Assembly (NCBI GenBank): GCA_964036045.1
Contig: OZ038379.1
Coordinates: 7,378,001 to 7,442,000 of the forward strand
Length of the DNA: 64,000 bases
Direction: 5' to 3'
Source: Eutreptiella sp. 'Long Island Sound 2002'
Taxonomy: Eukaryota > Protista > Euglenida
The notes below the pieces were generated by a model that was given only the letters and a program-made list of their open reading frames with translations, did not search any database and was not told the origin of the DNA. Both the position numbers and the translations under genes were made by a program. Shown here one piece after another: positions 38,597 to 51,484 of the stretch; positions within the stretch are counted from its first letter, which is position 1, and every line of letters begins with the position of its first letter.

Positions 38597-38622
38597 TTAG
38601 GGTAAGGGTTAGGGTTAGGGTT
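38597..38622 (+). repeat. Short interstitial telomere-like (TTAGGG)n tract; a second one lies at 37422-37439
   Basis: TTAGGGTAAGGGTTAGGGTTAGGGTT is visible directly. Confidence 0.7.
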
Positions 38623-38901
38623 GTTGTGTGGCTTGGCAGAGCTAACAAGAGCTAACAAGAGAGGTTGCTACAGATTCATGATGGTATGAGGTTAGGTATG
38701 GAAGCAGAGGCCAACATCAGCCCGAGGGCTGGAAACCAAACCAGGCCTAAGCAAAAGGTCCTGGCGGGGCTGCTGCTGACACCATCGGCAGTACAGCTCC
38801 AAAAACGTGCAAAAAAAAAACTGGTACTTAGTTTGGCAGACGCGTCGAGTTTGCCGGGCGTGCCAGCGGGGACACGCAAAGGCAGAGCGCATGAGCCGGC
38901 A

Positions 38902-39186
38902 CCTTGCCCACAGCCTCCAAACAATCCATGGTGCATGGACGTGCCCCTCAGCCTGCTTACTGCGCGACTTATGGGGATCACGTGTCCTTGCCCACAGCCT
39001 CCAAGCAATCCTTGGTGCATGGACGTGCCCCTCAGCCTGCTTACTGCGCGACTTATGGGGATCACGTGTCCTTGCCCACAGCCTCCAAGCAATCCTTGGT
39101 GCATGGACGTGCCCCTCAGCCTGCTTACTGCGCGACTTATGGGGATCACGTGTCCTTGCCCACAGCTTCCAAGCAATCCATGGTGT
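38902..39186. repeat. 84-bp tandem repeat, about 3.4 copies
   Basis: Units start at 38902, 38986, 39070 and 39154 (CCTTGCCCACAGC...GATCACGTGT). Confidence 0.97.
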
Positions 39187-39574
39187 ATGTCAGACCTTAC
39201 ACCAAGTCCCCTGTGAAGCCCAGTTTCTAATGCACTGCATGTTGTGCACACCAAGATGTGCCATTAAGCGACCTTGAGAGAAAAACCTAACATGTGCAAA
39301 TTCAGCTTGTGTGTCGCTGTCCTATATGGAACACCCAATACAAAAATGATAAGCAAGGCATCTCCCCTTCAATAGCATTGTGGAAATGGGGAGGAATGGG
39401 CCAAAACCAAATGCTTTGCTTGCCCAAAAGCAAGCGCTCAACGTCCATATATTCAGCATCCAATATGCTACACAGTATGCACATGGAAAGTGTAACACAT
39501 GCTCCCACCCAAAGGGTTCAAACTGGGTGAGAAACACAGAAATGCTTTTCTGTGCACAAATGGCCAGAGACAGT

Positions 39575-39946
<372 letters not shown>

Positions 39947-40190
39947 TCAGGCCTCTGAACGCCGAAAAGAAATCATTGTTGATGAACGCACCCATCAGAA
40001 ACATTCCACCAGCAGTACCTAAGCACGTTTGTTCATGGAATCCTGCGGAAACCCCGCAGATTTTAAAGCGGGCGGTAGTTGGCTGGCAAGCAGGCTGTGA
40101 TTGCATCCCCCTCTCGGGCTCTGAGGCCCTCATGGCATCAATGCTACCAGCAGCATGCTCGGCACTGGGCCACAGCGTCATTCAACACAC

Positions 40191-40335
40191 CTTCCGGGAC
40201 GGTATTGAATGTCTCGTCAAAAGGAAAGGACGTATGGGTCGCATCGCCGTTGATACCAACAACTAAGGGCGTCTTGGCTTTCTCACCCAGCGAGAGGTTC
40301 TGGAAAATAAACAACGGCTGGCCAGGAGTAAATTC
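40191..40335 (-). pseudogene. PFO/PNO exon, copy 1 (145 nt)
   Basis: TTGCAG|EFTPGQPLFIFQNLSLGEKAKTPLVVGINGDATHTSFPFDETFNTVPEG|GT. It splices in phase to the 39828 exon to give [14 protein letters not shown]. Confidence 0.88.
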
Positions 40336-41636
40336 CTGCAAAGAGCAGCGAGCAGGCAAAGGTGGCCGCCTGTGTGCACACCCCGAGGTTTTCGCATTGC
40401 ACTGTTTTTCGGGCTACGTGCACACACTCCGTCGAATATGACCATCGACCGTCGATCACGCACCGCATTTCTAACTCCGAGTCAACTAGTTCAACAGACT
40501 TAACAAGATAGCTACACAAATTGAACAACATTTGGGGATGGGTGTTATGTGGCAGCCTGTTCGGAATTCGGTGTTTGTTGTGCTGCAGTGTGGTGGAGGA
40601 GAGCATGCTTCAGACAGGCAATGTGACAAATGAGCCAATGATGAACATACTTCTGATGAGTTGATAAGAACCCCAATTCGCATTCGAATCGTAGTAAAAT
40701 GCGCTCCTGGTGATGCAATCATTTTCGCGAGGTTTGCCTGCTGTGCCAAACTGAATTGCTGTGCAGGAGGGGTCTGCATAACACGTCTCCGCACATCCAT
40801 GAAAGGTGTTGCTCTAAGCGTTGGTCTCATCATAGCTATTCAAGGATGCTCCAACAGACCCAAGACAGCCAATAGTGAACGGTCCGTCAAGGGAAAACCA
40901 CTCTGTGTAGAGAGCAACCGATGTTGTGCACAAAGGTTCAGGGTATCAAAGGATGTTGTGCAAGAAGGTTCAGGGTACCAAACAATGTTGTGCAGAGGCT
41001 GGGGTACCAAAGAATGTTGTACACACTCGGGACACCAAACGATGGAGGGCATGTTGTGCAGAGAGGTTCAGGGTACCAAACGATGTTGTGCAGAGGTTCG
41101 GAAAAGGCTGAACTTTAAAAACATTCTACTGCCTTTGGCAAGTCCACCTCACAGAGAATCTACCACGAGCAATGCACTGTGTTCAACCCTACAAAAAAAA
41201 AACGCCCTCTTTATGCGTACGTTGCTCATCACATTTCAAAAAACAACAGTAAGTGGCGTGAAACTGGTGCACTCTGGTTTGAGTTTGAGAAATAAATTGA
41301 CTCTGTTGCTTGTTGTGGTCAGTGGGAAAAATGTTTTATGAAATGAGAGTGGGAGAGGTGCTGATTCTGGCTCTTGGCGTCTCCAGATTTGCCTCTATTT
41401 GAGCTGTTGGCATGCCATGCTCTCTCCTAAAATTTCCCTCTTTACGGAATAGGTCTGCACTCTTGCACTTGGTGGAGCTGGTGTACCTAAGCACGTCTGT
41501 TCATGGAAATCCTGCGGAAGCCCCAAAGATTTTAAAGCTGGTCGTAGTTGTTTGGAAAGCAGGCGGTAATTGCTCTGAGGCCCTCATGGCATCAATGCTA
41601 CCAGCAGCGTGCTCGGCGCTGCGTCATTCAACACAC

Positions 41637-41781
41637 CTTCCGGGACGGTATTGAATGTCTCGTCAAAAGGAAAGGACGTATGGGTCACATCGCCGTTGAT
41701 ACCAACAACTAAGGGCGTCTTGGCTTTCTCACCCAGCGAGAGGTTCTCGAAAATAAACAACGGCTGGCCAGGAGTAAATTC
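41637..41781 (-). pseudogene. PFO/PNO exon, duplicated copy 2 (145 nt) with both splice sites and intron flanks
   Basis: Near-identical to 40191-40335 (EFTPGQPLFIFENLS...NGDVTHTS...). The duplicated block spans about 41482-41812 versus about 40012-40366. Confidence 0.88.
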
Positions 41782-43106
41782 CTGCAAAGAGCAGCGAGCA
41801 GGCAAAGGTGGTGGCGGTGCACATGGGTCATAGCTTTGGTTTTGGCTCTGAAATCCGTAATTTCCTTGAAATAATTCTCCCATATGCAACGAGGGACCGC
41901 CAAACACACGGAGGGACTTTGGCCAATTCCCACTCCAGTCAATTGGCGCCAAAGGCACCAGAGAAAGTTTTTTGATTGGCCGAAGGCCCAGAGGAAAATA
42001 TGGTCCAATATTTTCGGGGGGGATTGGTGGGTAGATCTAGGTGGGGGGGGGGGGGGGGGCCCACCCCCAGTGGTACCGAGTGCCGAGCAGCCCTGGGTCT
42101 GGCCCAAGCCCCCCTGCCTCCTACGGTTGTCCATCCCAACCTGCTCTCTTGGCCTCCTTGAGTGCCTGGGCGTCCTCTCCTCCCCCCGTTGCGGGCAGAA
42201 GTGAAACCGGCCTGCCCAGGCACCCATGCATCACACAGGACCTGTTGAACAACCAACTGAGAGGGCCCAAAACGAAAACGTAACATTTCCAATTGGTGCT
42301 GTCAGTGACCCCCTGTGTTTGGCTGACTGTTGTCTGTTCCCTTGACTGTGGCTGGTTGTTTAACGGAGGTTCGGGGAAGGGGTCGAGAGCAGGGGGGGAG
42401 TCTCGAGGGTTTGTTGGCGTGTGACTGACCATTGAAGTGTTAGTTGGTAGCGCTTGACACCCCCCCCCAAAACTCCGTCCAGGTCTGTCACTGATCAGCA
42501 ATACAAACACGAACACTGCGGAGGCCCAGCACAAGCAGCTGGGCACAAATTATGAAAAGCAAATTGCAGCCGAAGCCTGTGTCTCCCCTGACACCAGGGG
42601 CAAAGTAATGATTATTGCTAAACATTAGATAGGTGGGGGAACCTGTAGCGAAGAGTGCAATCCCCCCCCAACGCATGAGAAGGGGAGGAGGTGGGGGGAG
42701 GGGGCCCAAGGGGCGGGGGACCCTCCACCTACGGTTGGCAGCTGTTCTAATACATCCACGGGGGTGCGCTTGAAGAGGGGGGAGGGATCCCTGCCCCCGC
42801 CCCTCTTTGGGGTGCCGGTCAGCTGTGCTAACCGCTTCTGGCCCCCTTCAACGGCCCTGACACCGCTTTGTACCCGACCGAAATTGCCTCCCAACCGCTT
42901 TCCAACCGCCTGCAACCGCTCCCAAAGCCTCCCTTCGGCCCCCTCCTCCCCCGCCACTCCGCTGCACCAGTCGGCCTGCCCGGCCCCTTCAGAAAGGGCC
43001 CCCATCCGCCACACCGGGCACGGCCCGCGGCCCAGACCCAACGGGGAATGGGGTGGGGCTTGGGGGCAGGGGGTAGCGGTCCGGAGAAACGGAGCACAGG
43101 CCACAC

Positions 43107-43249
43107 CAACCGCTCGCCATCCCAATACGCCCGCAGCCCGTCGTACTTCTCGGACACCCACCAGCCCTTCAGCGCCGCCGCCTCGTCCAGCCGCTGCAGC
43201 GTCTTGGCCAAAAGAAACTCAGGGGCCTGCGGCATCTGTGCCACGTCCT
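43107..43249 (-). CDS. ATP-dependent DNA ligase adenylation-domain exon (motif I); 3' boundary uncertain (GT at 43106 or 43104)
   Basis: TTCCCCAG|AG acceptor in phase 1. The exon reads PEFLLAKTL...LKGWWVSEKYDGLRAYWDGERL, with KxDG active-site Lys at 43146-43148 in the context typical of minimal ATP-dependent ligases. Confidence 0.85.
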
Positions 43250-44562
43250 CTGGGGAAGCGGGTCACAGACTTCGTTGTGCAGGATTGAACAATGCAGGGG
43301 AAGGGGCCCTCAGTAGGATTTGGATATCGCACCTACAAATACCAAGAAAAAAGGTCACACATGAATTGGGGACATGATATGTGGCGGGGGAAGAGAGAAA
43401 CAAGATGGACGGTCAGAGGACTCAAACAAACGCCGATTGCACCCCAGGGGTGCAATTCACAATGTCCCGATCATGCTTCACAAAGCTGAGTGACATATGG
43501 TTGGGTGACAACACGCCCAAATCCACACACATCGATGACAGTCGCAACTGCAACTGTCCGCACATTGGAATGTGAAGGGGTCGGTGCTGGAATGCCTTTG
43601 TTGCTTGGGCCATCCACAAGAGCTTGCTTGTACAGCTGATTGCGCTTGGGGTCCCACAAGTACAAATGACAGGCGGGTTCAACGGCCACCCCACAAGAAA
43701 AAAAAAGAAGCAGGCCACAGAGCAAGCTTTTTTTTCTCAAACGTGCAAGGCGCGGAGACACACCAGCATCGCATGTTTCAACACATGCCTTGAACTGCAA
43801 ACACCAATCCCATGTGTTTGACCATACCCGCAGTGCAAAGAACCGGTGATGTCACACCCAGGCCACTAACTTAAAGCGGGGGTTGTGGCGTGGGGTTGTG
43901 TTGTGTCAAGTTTTCCTGGGCAATGGAGTCACTTGAGAGATATCCAACATTTGGCGCTTTGGAGTGGCAGGTGGCACGCCTTGAACACGTGGTGTGAGTT
44001 AAGGGGAGAAATTCTCCTTCACAGATTTTTACCAGGGTCCCCAAGCGGTGAGGAATCAAATGACTACATAACTCATGCATTAACCTGCCCAAAGCAGCAT
44101 GCAGCATCAGGGTCCTCAAGCCGGGAAGGAGTCAAATGGCTGCACAACCCATACCGTATCAGGGTGCCCAAAGAGGGGAGGAATCAAATGACCGCCTAAC
44201 CACCACCATCCACTACCATATGGAGTCCCCATCGTGGGAAGGAGTCAAACGACCACCTAGCCCATGTTGTAACCAGACCGGCAAACAAGGGGGTGATGGT
44301 GTTTTCAATGGCTGTGATTCTTTCAAGCACATTTGCAAATACAGTAAAAAAAAAAAAATCAGGTGCAATAAACGGTGCTTGGAAACAAACTCAAAATTTT
44401 TCTAGTCGGAAAATGTCACGTTTTTGATTCCGTTGCACCCCAAGGACGTTCGATGCGCCCTGAGGCAGAGCACCGGCTGATGAGGGAGATTTGTGCGTCA
44501 CCAACAGTGTGCAGGACTCCTCCCGATGAACACTCATAAGTGGAAGCTGACCCGATGCAATC

Positions 44563-45740
44563 CAGAAGACCGTGTTCATTTATCTGCCGTTGTTTGTTTG
44601 TTTTGCCAACTGAATTTCTGCAATGGTCCTGGCGTCGCAAGATACTTCATTTTTCCTGTTTTTCCTGGGCAGCATTTTTGTGAAGTTGACCTTTCTGTGA
44701 AGGATGTTTGGGTGCCCTTCTCCTGTTCATAACAAGAAGTGCGGGTTACTGCGTCGCCAACCACTGTCGGGTTGCCACAAAAATGCCACCCCAAAACCTG
44801 AGGCTTTCCTGGAAAAACGAAAGAAAGAAGAAAAGAAATAAATCCCCGTGGCAACCAACATTTGTCCAGCCCCACCACCCCTCGGCCCACACGGGAGAAA
44901 CCGTGACCCAACGAACCCCTGCCAGTGAGAAATTCCCTCGCGGCAGACATCCCCTCCGGACCTGCCCGACCCAATCATCCCCATACCACTGTCCTCGGCC
45001 GCCACAAATGTGGACTGCAACTCCTCCCCAGTCTCCACAAGGTGGACCAGGAAATCCTCTGTAACAACCGCAACCTCAGCTTTTCTGTGGGCTGCATTGT
45101 GCAAAGCGGTGCCAGCCCCGTTCTCGCACACCACCAAATGCGTCACCTCGGAGGTCAGCGTCCGGGCCACAGACCAGCCACGACTCCCCAGTTCCTGTAT
45201 AATAGAGGAAACGGTTCAATGGGCACAAGTGCAGCAGACCTAACCTCCTGCGGTCAACTGGATATCCCCGCCATGGAGGCCGGTAGACACGGCGTAGATT
45301 GCAACCAACAGAAACGCCAGACTGCGTAATTCAACCCCTTTCAAGTTTGGGTGAAATGACGATAAGGTGGAGGACCATTCACAGCAAGGTAAAACACCCT
45401 TTCAACACAGCAGCAGCTGATGCTGCAACAGACCAAGATATTCGACACCGGCCCGATCCAGTGTCTCATCCAGATAGACTGTAGCGGTGTCAGAGATTAC
45501 GCGGGATACCAATTCTGTTGAATTCTATTTTCGCAATTTTTGAAGGCCGCCAGAAAACAGAAGACCGTGTTCATTTATCTGCCGTTGTTTGTTTTTTTTG
45601 CCAACTGAATTTCTGCAATGGTCCTGGCGTCGCAAGATACTTCAATTTTCCTGTTTTTCCTTGGCGGCATTTTTGTGAAGTTAACCTTCCTGTGAAGGAT
45701 GTTTGGGTGCCCTTCTCCTGTTCATAACAAGAAGTGCGGG
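44563..45740. repeat. Pair of 183-bp direct repeats (44563-44745 and 45558-45740) flanking the BRCT2 exon
   Basis: CAGAAGACCGTGTTCATTTATCTGCCG...CATAACAAGAAGTGCGGG is present twice with scattered substitutions. Confidence 0.95.
44987..45194 (-). CDS. BRCT domain exon (second half of BRCT2) of the BRCT-ligase gene
   Basis: TATACAG|ELGSRGWSVARTLTSEVTHLVVCENG...AEVAVVTEDFLVHLVETG...AEDS(G)|GTATG. Phase 0 in and phase 1 out, matching both neighbouring exons. Confidence 0.82.
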
Positions 45741-47524
45741 CCCTTGGACTATGGGATCGCACGCAGTCCATGCCACACACATAGGTTGGTTGAACTCGAG
45801 GAGTGCCATACACTTTCCAATCCGTTTTCGGGCACTTTCAATCTTGGTGTCACTCAAAGTCTTCATCGCTGCTGATGTGACAATGAGGCAAGCAAACCCT
45901 TCCACGTTAGAAGAGCCACAGGGTCCCACAACTGGGCAACAAGGGTGACTGCTGCAGGGCCAGCAGCAACATTCAAAATCCCAACAACCATGGCTCTACA
46001 GAAATCAGACAGAATGTCCAAATCTCCTCCAGCAGCAAAACGAAGGGCTGCAATGTCATGGGGCACAACGGACCAACCAATACACTTGCTCCATCTGAAC
46101 ACAATGCGACATAAACAACCCAGCAATCAGGGTTTGTAGAATGACGTCTTCCAAAATTGCTCCCAGACCTCTTGGGATGCCCAAAACGAGTGTTTTCAGC
46201 CTGTTTTGAGGCCGTCCTGCCCTGTGTGGCCCCCGAACAGTCCCGAAACCCTTTGAAAACGGGCCATTTGGCGCCCATAAGTGCGTTAAAAATGGGGTCA
46301 ACAACGGATTTTTCCAGAAATGATGGGGCTGTGTTGGTCCCATGTTCAGTCGGTTTTGCCATGTACGTATGGCATGCCCATGTTTGAGGAGTCCCAGGGT
46401 GAATCCCCTCTATTTTGAAAATAGAGGGGTGGGGAATCCATTTTTGAAGATTTTGGGGCCTGTCCGTAAATCCTCTGCCCAGAGATTCCGATTTTGTATC
46501 ATTTTTGCCATGTTTTCACCAACATCTGGCAAGGCTGCATCCCGGGCATCTTACAGGCCCGATTCCTTCAAAATAGTGTCAATGGGAGGTCATATTCATT
46601 CAGAGTAGATTTGTTGCGTCTGATGTGTAGAAGCCATGTGCAAAGTGGCTCGACTCAACTCAACAATACTTGGCACAACCATCATGGGCACCCCCCATGG
46701 TGCTGCCAGTTCGCATCAGGCTGCACAGGGGTGTTAGTGTTCAGATTAGCCAACATATCATTGGGATGAGGGGAGCTACTTTGCACATGGCTTCTAAACA
46801 TTAAAATGCAACCAATCCACCCTCAATGACTTGACCACTCACTGACAATATGTCGGAGGATTTGGGGGGGGGGGGGGGGGAGCAAGGTCGAGACGCCGGG
46901 AGCTGAGCCAACAGCAGGTCGAAACCATGAAAAGTTCAAAATTGCGTCTTCGGTACTCAAAAATATGGCCTCAGGACCCCCCATGACGGATACCTCTTCG
47001 AATATCCCTTTTTTTTGGAGATTTCAGCCCCCCCCCCCCCCCCCCCAGTGACAATAATCTTAAGCAATTCGGCCGAAAAATTGACAACCCGTTTTGTGGA
47101 TTACCCCCTCCCGTTTCTACAACGCGTATTTCTGTGTTCTACAATGCACAGTATTGCCTACACTGCATATTTCGTTTTCTACAAAATGACATGACACACA
47201 CTATAATTTCCACAATACGTAGTAAAGCGTTCTCCAACGCGCGATATATTTTCCACACGGCATATCAAATTTCATGCAAAAATGTTACATTCTCTACAAT
47301 GCGCATTCAATTGGCTACAATGCAGATTACATCTTCTACAACACACACTACATTTTCTTCGACATGCATTGACCTTTCTGCAACACACGCTACACTTTCG
47401 TTCGATTGTGTACCATTTCCACAACACGCCTTGCATTTTCTGCAGCACATGTCAACCACATTTTCTGCACTCCACATTGCAATTTCTGCAACGTGGTACA
47501 GCCTCAACTGCTGATGGTGCATAC

Positions 47525-47583
47525 CTCGATCCACTCCTTGCGGGTCTTCTGCTTTGGATGCCCAGCAAAGATGAAGCCATATC
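47525..47583 (-). CDS. 59-nt exon (first half of BRCT2)
   Basis: TTCAG|(G)YGFIFAGHPKQKTRKEWIE|GTATG. Phase 1 in and phase 0 out. It supplies the BRCT beta1 'GxxFxFxG' segment. Confidence 0.75.
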
Positions 47584-48232
47584 CTGAATAAGACACAGTC
47601 AAGATGGCCATTGGTTTTGAGAGAAATACCATGACCGGAGATTCGTTGCTCTGGGATTGCTCACCAAGTAATGGGGCTAAACCACAGGAACTAGAGGAAA
47701 AGTGTGGTGCATAATTGTGTGTGTGTGGGAAATTGCCAAAAAGGCTCAGTAAATGTGCTGGTGAGTACTTCTGGGCGTATTGGTGGGTGAGAGTGTGTCA
47801 GTTGTCCATGTGATCACAAGGGGTGCTTCTGCCCCTGTGGCATCCCTGCCATGCTGGCGATGGCAACCTGTTCATGAAGGCCCTCCCAAGACTGTGAAGA
47901 TATAGAGGGGGCTCGCCACTACCACTGATGTGGCAAATGTAGCACCGGGCCAGGAGGTTCCGGGCCACTGAGTCTTCTGAGGGGGGAGAGGAGGGGAAAG
48001 GGGCACAGGAATTCGGGAACGATGGGTCATTGAGCCACCAAATATCCCGTCAGATATTACAGTCTGCATTACAACAGCCCTCTGTCCTTCACTACAGCAA
48101 CGAAGCAAGCAAGCAACAAGCAAGTCCACTGGCAGCTGTGTCAATCACCCCATCCCAACGCTGTGGGCTCAACTCTACTCCTGTCCCCTTATGCAACCAC
48201 ATGTGCCCTGCCCTGCCGTAACCTGCCCTGAC

Positions 48233-48270
48233 CTGAACAATCGCTGTGGGCTCCAAATTGGGAAAACACC
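48233..48270 (-). CDS. 38-nt linker micro-exon
   Basis: CCACAG|(W)VFSQFGAHSDCS(G)|GTCAG. Phase 2 in and phase 1 out, exactly bridging the 49101 and 47583 exons. Confidence 0.65.
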
Positions 48271-49100
48271 CTGTGGAAACCGTCCAGTTCGGCGACGTCC
48301 GTCCAGTCAAGTGTGCCCCAAACCGGCCACAGCGCAGATTTAGCGGTGAGTGTGCCACAGTTTCACTTCCCTTGCTGCGCCATTGAGGGTTGTTCCAGCC
48401 TCTACCTCCAAGACAACTCTGGGTCACGCCTCAATAACTGCCCCACGTGTCACAGGCCGCCCAACTTGTCCGATGGTGCCTCGAAGGCTCCTTGTGTTTG
48501 CAGTTGTTGCATCCAACAAAGGCGAATCTGCTAATTTGTGCTTGAATGCTGCACATTTGGGACTTTGGTGCCAAAACTTCCGCCGTAGTTTTGTGGCATA
48601 TGCCTGTGGCAGGCGTTTTTCTTTTGTCAAGTGCCTTGAGGTCCTCACATGCACAACTCCCAGCGATGGACTTGGACACTTGTGCTTCTCCTTTTGCTTG
48701 ATCTCACTTGGGGTTCCGCCCACTTCAGAGGGCAAGTCGCAGATGAAAAAACCAACCTTGTTCAGCGACTAGCCACAAGTTCCAATTTTCAACACGGCTC
48801 CGCAGAGCGTGAGGCGACCTATTTCGCCACGGTGGACGATATCTTTGGCTGTATGGCTCGGAATCCGAATTTGACGGCACGTACTCTGACCGCCACCACC
48901 CCCACTTTTTGCAATCTGGACCCTGTCCAGCGTGTCCCTAACCCCATCCCAATCGCTGGACATACCCTGCCCAAATGACTCTCCAAAGGTGCCCCAACGC
49001 GGACCATTGGAGCTATATTCATGCGCCAAAGTGCACGCACAAGCGCATACATGCAAGCCTACCCGCACCTAGGCCGAACATGCACATCGCGCACTGATAC

Positions 49101-49270
49101 CATTCAGGTGGGGCCCACGCGAACTCTGAGATCATGCTGCTGCTGGGCACTGTGCCGTGGTCCAGCAGATGAGCCACGAAAGCCTCCGTGACGATCAGAA
49201 TGTTGTTGTGCACTGCTTTGTCGTAAGCTTGGGTGGTGTGCCCTTTCTCACCACAGACCAAGTGGGTTAC
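49101..49270 (-). CDS. BRCT domain exon (second half of BRCT1); upstream exons not resolved
   Basis: GGCAG|VTHLVCGEKGHTTQAYDKAVHNNILIVTEAFVAHLLDHG...PPE(TG)|GTATC, a typical BRCT 'THLV...KA....I.IV...F/W' pattern. Confidence 0.8.
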
Positions 49271-50687
49271 CTGCCAGGACATTGGGACGGAGGCTGTTGG
49301 AACGATTCCATCATCTGACATGGGCATGCAACTCAAAGATGTGGTACTTTCGTGTCCTCTCTACAGCTTCGTATAGTGCAATGAAAACGCATTTTTTACG
49401 ATGGCTGCTGGTAAAGAGGTTGCGGATAGGTGTTATTGCAACGCGTAGACACAGGTCATGCTTTTGCACTTCGCGCAGCACACGTCTGCGCTGTCCCCAG
49501 CATCCAGGGACGAATTTGGTGAAAATAACATAAAAAGAAGAGAAAGATGATGCACAAGCAACTTGCACCACCATGCATGGCAAATCTGTTTCAGAAATTT
49601 CGATTATTCCACTCTTGTGGCTCAAAACAGCCAAGCCCTTCAGGATCACAATGGCAAGGGTAGAATCCTGTGCCGATAGCTGAACCCCCCCCTTGCCCGA
49701 AAAACAGCTGTCGAAAATTTCATTATTTTTCGGGCCCCGGCTTGACAACACCTTAGTCTCCTTTGGGCCATTGTCCTATGTAATAAGGTGGTGCTCATAT
49801 CTAGACTCAACATTTACATAGCCACTGATATTGCATGCTCTGTGTGTTGCGTCTCCCCCAATTGTTGTGTCCGTGGTCAACAATGATGTCCTAGGTGCAA
49901 GCACTTCCATTTTGCAAACTTCGCTCAAGTTTGCATACCAACAATCCCAGATTCCAACATTGTGCCCAAATTTCCCATGCACAGTTTGGTGTCAAAGCAC
50001 AAACCTCAATGTGATGACGCTCATGCACTGTACCTATTCTCAAGTGCCTGGCACCTTTTGGCCCAAGTGGGTGGATGGCTAACACAAAATGTGCGGCATG
50101 TGTGTGATTGAGCATTCAAGCATTGTCTACATAGGCTTTGCAATGATGCATCTACACTCCATCTACCACATACACACACGAGCAAGAGGATAAATAATGG
50201 CCAAATGAGTCACACAAGGTAGCAACAAGGCCACTGCCTTGTCCAATTGGCAAGTCAAACACACACAACACTCAAACAACACAATACCAACACAAAAAAA
50301 AGACAACACAAAACAAGAAAGCACAAAAGGTGGTAAGCATGCAACTTATTCTAGGACACCTACAAACCGCCACAAATACCCAAACTCAACAAACAACAGA
50401 CCACACAAAGAAATTACGCCTGCATAAAAAAAGGGCCAGCAACTATTAACTCCAACAGCTGGCGGGCAGGCTTGCGGCGGAATTGACCTAACGGCTGGCC
50501 ACCACCAACAACACTATGTTGACATAGCCCAAAGAAAGACCGCCCATGTGGTTCAAGGTCATGCCCATGTTATAGCAGCCCCGCCCCCCCCAAAAAAATT
50601 GGGCATCTATCCTACCACACATTGCAACTGTGGAGTCTTTTGCATTGCAAGCTGGACAGGTTTTCATGAAAGTAACCAAAAAAAGAG

Positions 50688-51484
50688 CAAATTCGTGCTT
50701 CTGCTTTGGGGAGCAAGCTCTTTCCTCGCTGTGTCTTTTTCCCAATCAGGGTCTTTGGTGGCTTCAACACAGAGCACGAGGGCATCTGGTGGCCAAACGC
50801 GACTCCTTGAGTGTTGAACGGAATATTGAGAACGACTTGGAACTGTACACAAATGTGCAGTGCACATAAAAAAAGAGCATCCTCCAAGCATCCGTCCGAC
50901 GCAACGACACAAACAACGTGCGCGAAACAAGCTTCACCTGCAAGGAACGAGTGGAAGCACGTCCTCGTCAGGAATAGTCGACGTACGATGTGCGAAAGCC
51001 GTCGAAGAACTGCAGAGACGAATTCACGACCTTGTGGCGGCACTCTGAAGACAAAAACAACATTGTGGACTTCTCTGGCACTTGGTAGAGCTGGTGTTTT
51101 GTGTGCATTGCTGGATTCGGACCCCTTGGAGCTACATACTGGATGCAAACAAAAAAAGGATGCATTTGAACTGTGTTGAACTCTCCACTGTTTGAACACA
51201 AAGCAACACAAAAAAGGTAACGACACAAATTCGTGCTTCTGCTTTGGGGAGCAAGCTCTTTCCTCGCTGTGTCTTTTTCCCAATCAGGGTCTTTGGTGGC
51301 TTCAACACAGAGCACGAGGGCATCTGGTGGCCAAACGCGACTCCTTGAGTGTTGAACGGAATATTGAGAACGACTTGGAACTGTACACAAATGTGCAGTG
51401 CACATAAAAAAAGAGCATCCTCCAAGCATCCGTCCGACGCAACGACACAAACAATGTGCGCGAAACAATCTTCACCTGCAAGGA
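50688..51484. repeat. Direct duplication of about 259 bp (50688-50946 and 51226-51484)
   Basis: CAAATTCGTGCTTCTGCTTTGGGGAGC...CTTCACCTGCAAGGA is present twice and is near-identical. Confidence 0.95.

Noticed and set aside
38665-39277. ORFs of 108-192 aa with repeated CPCPQPP motifs
   Set aside because: They are translations of the 84-bp tandem repeat, open on both strands, with no domain signal.
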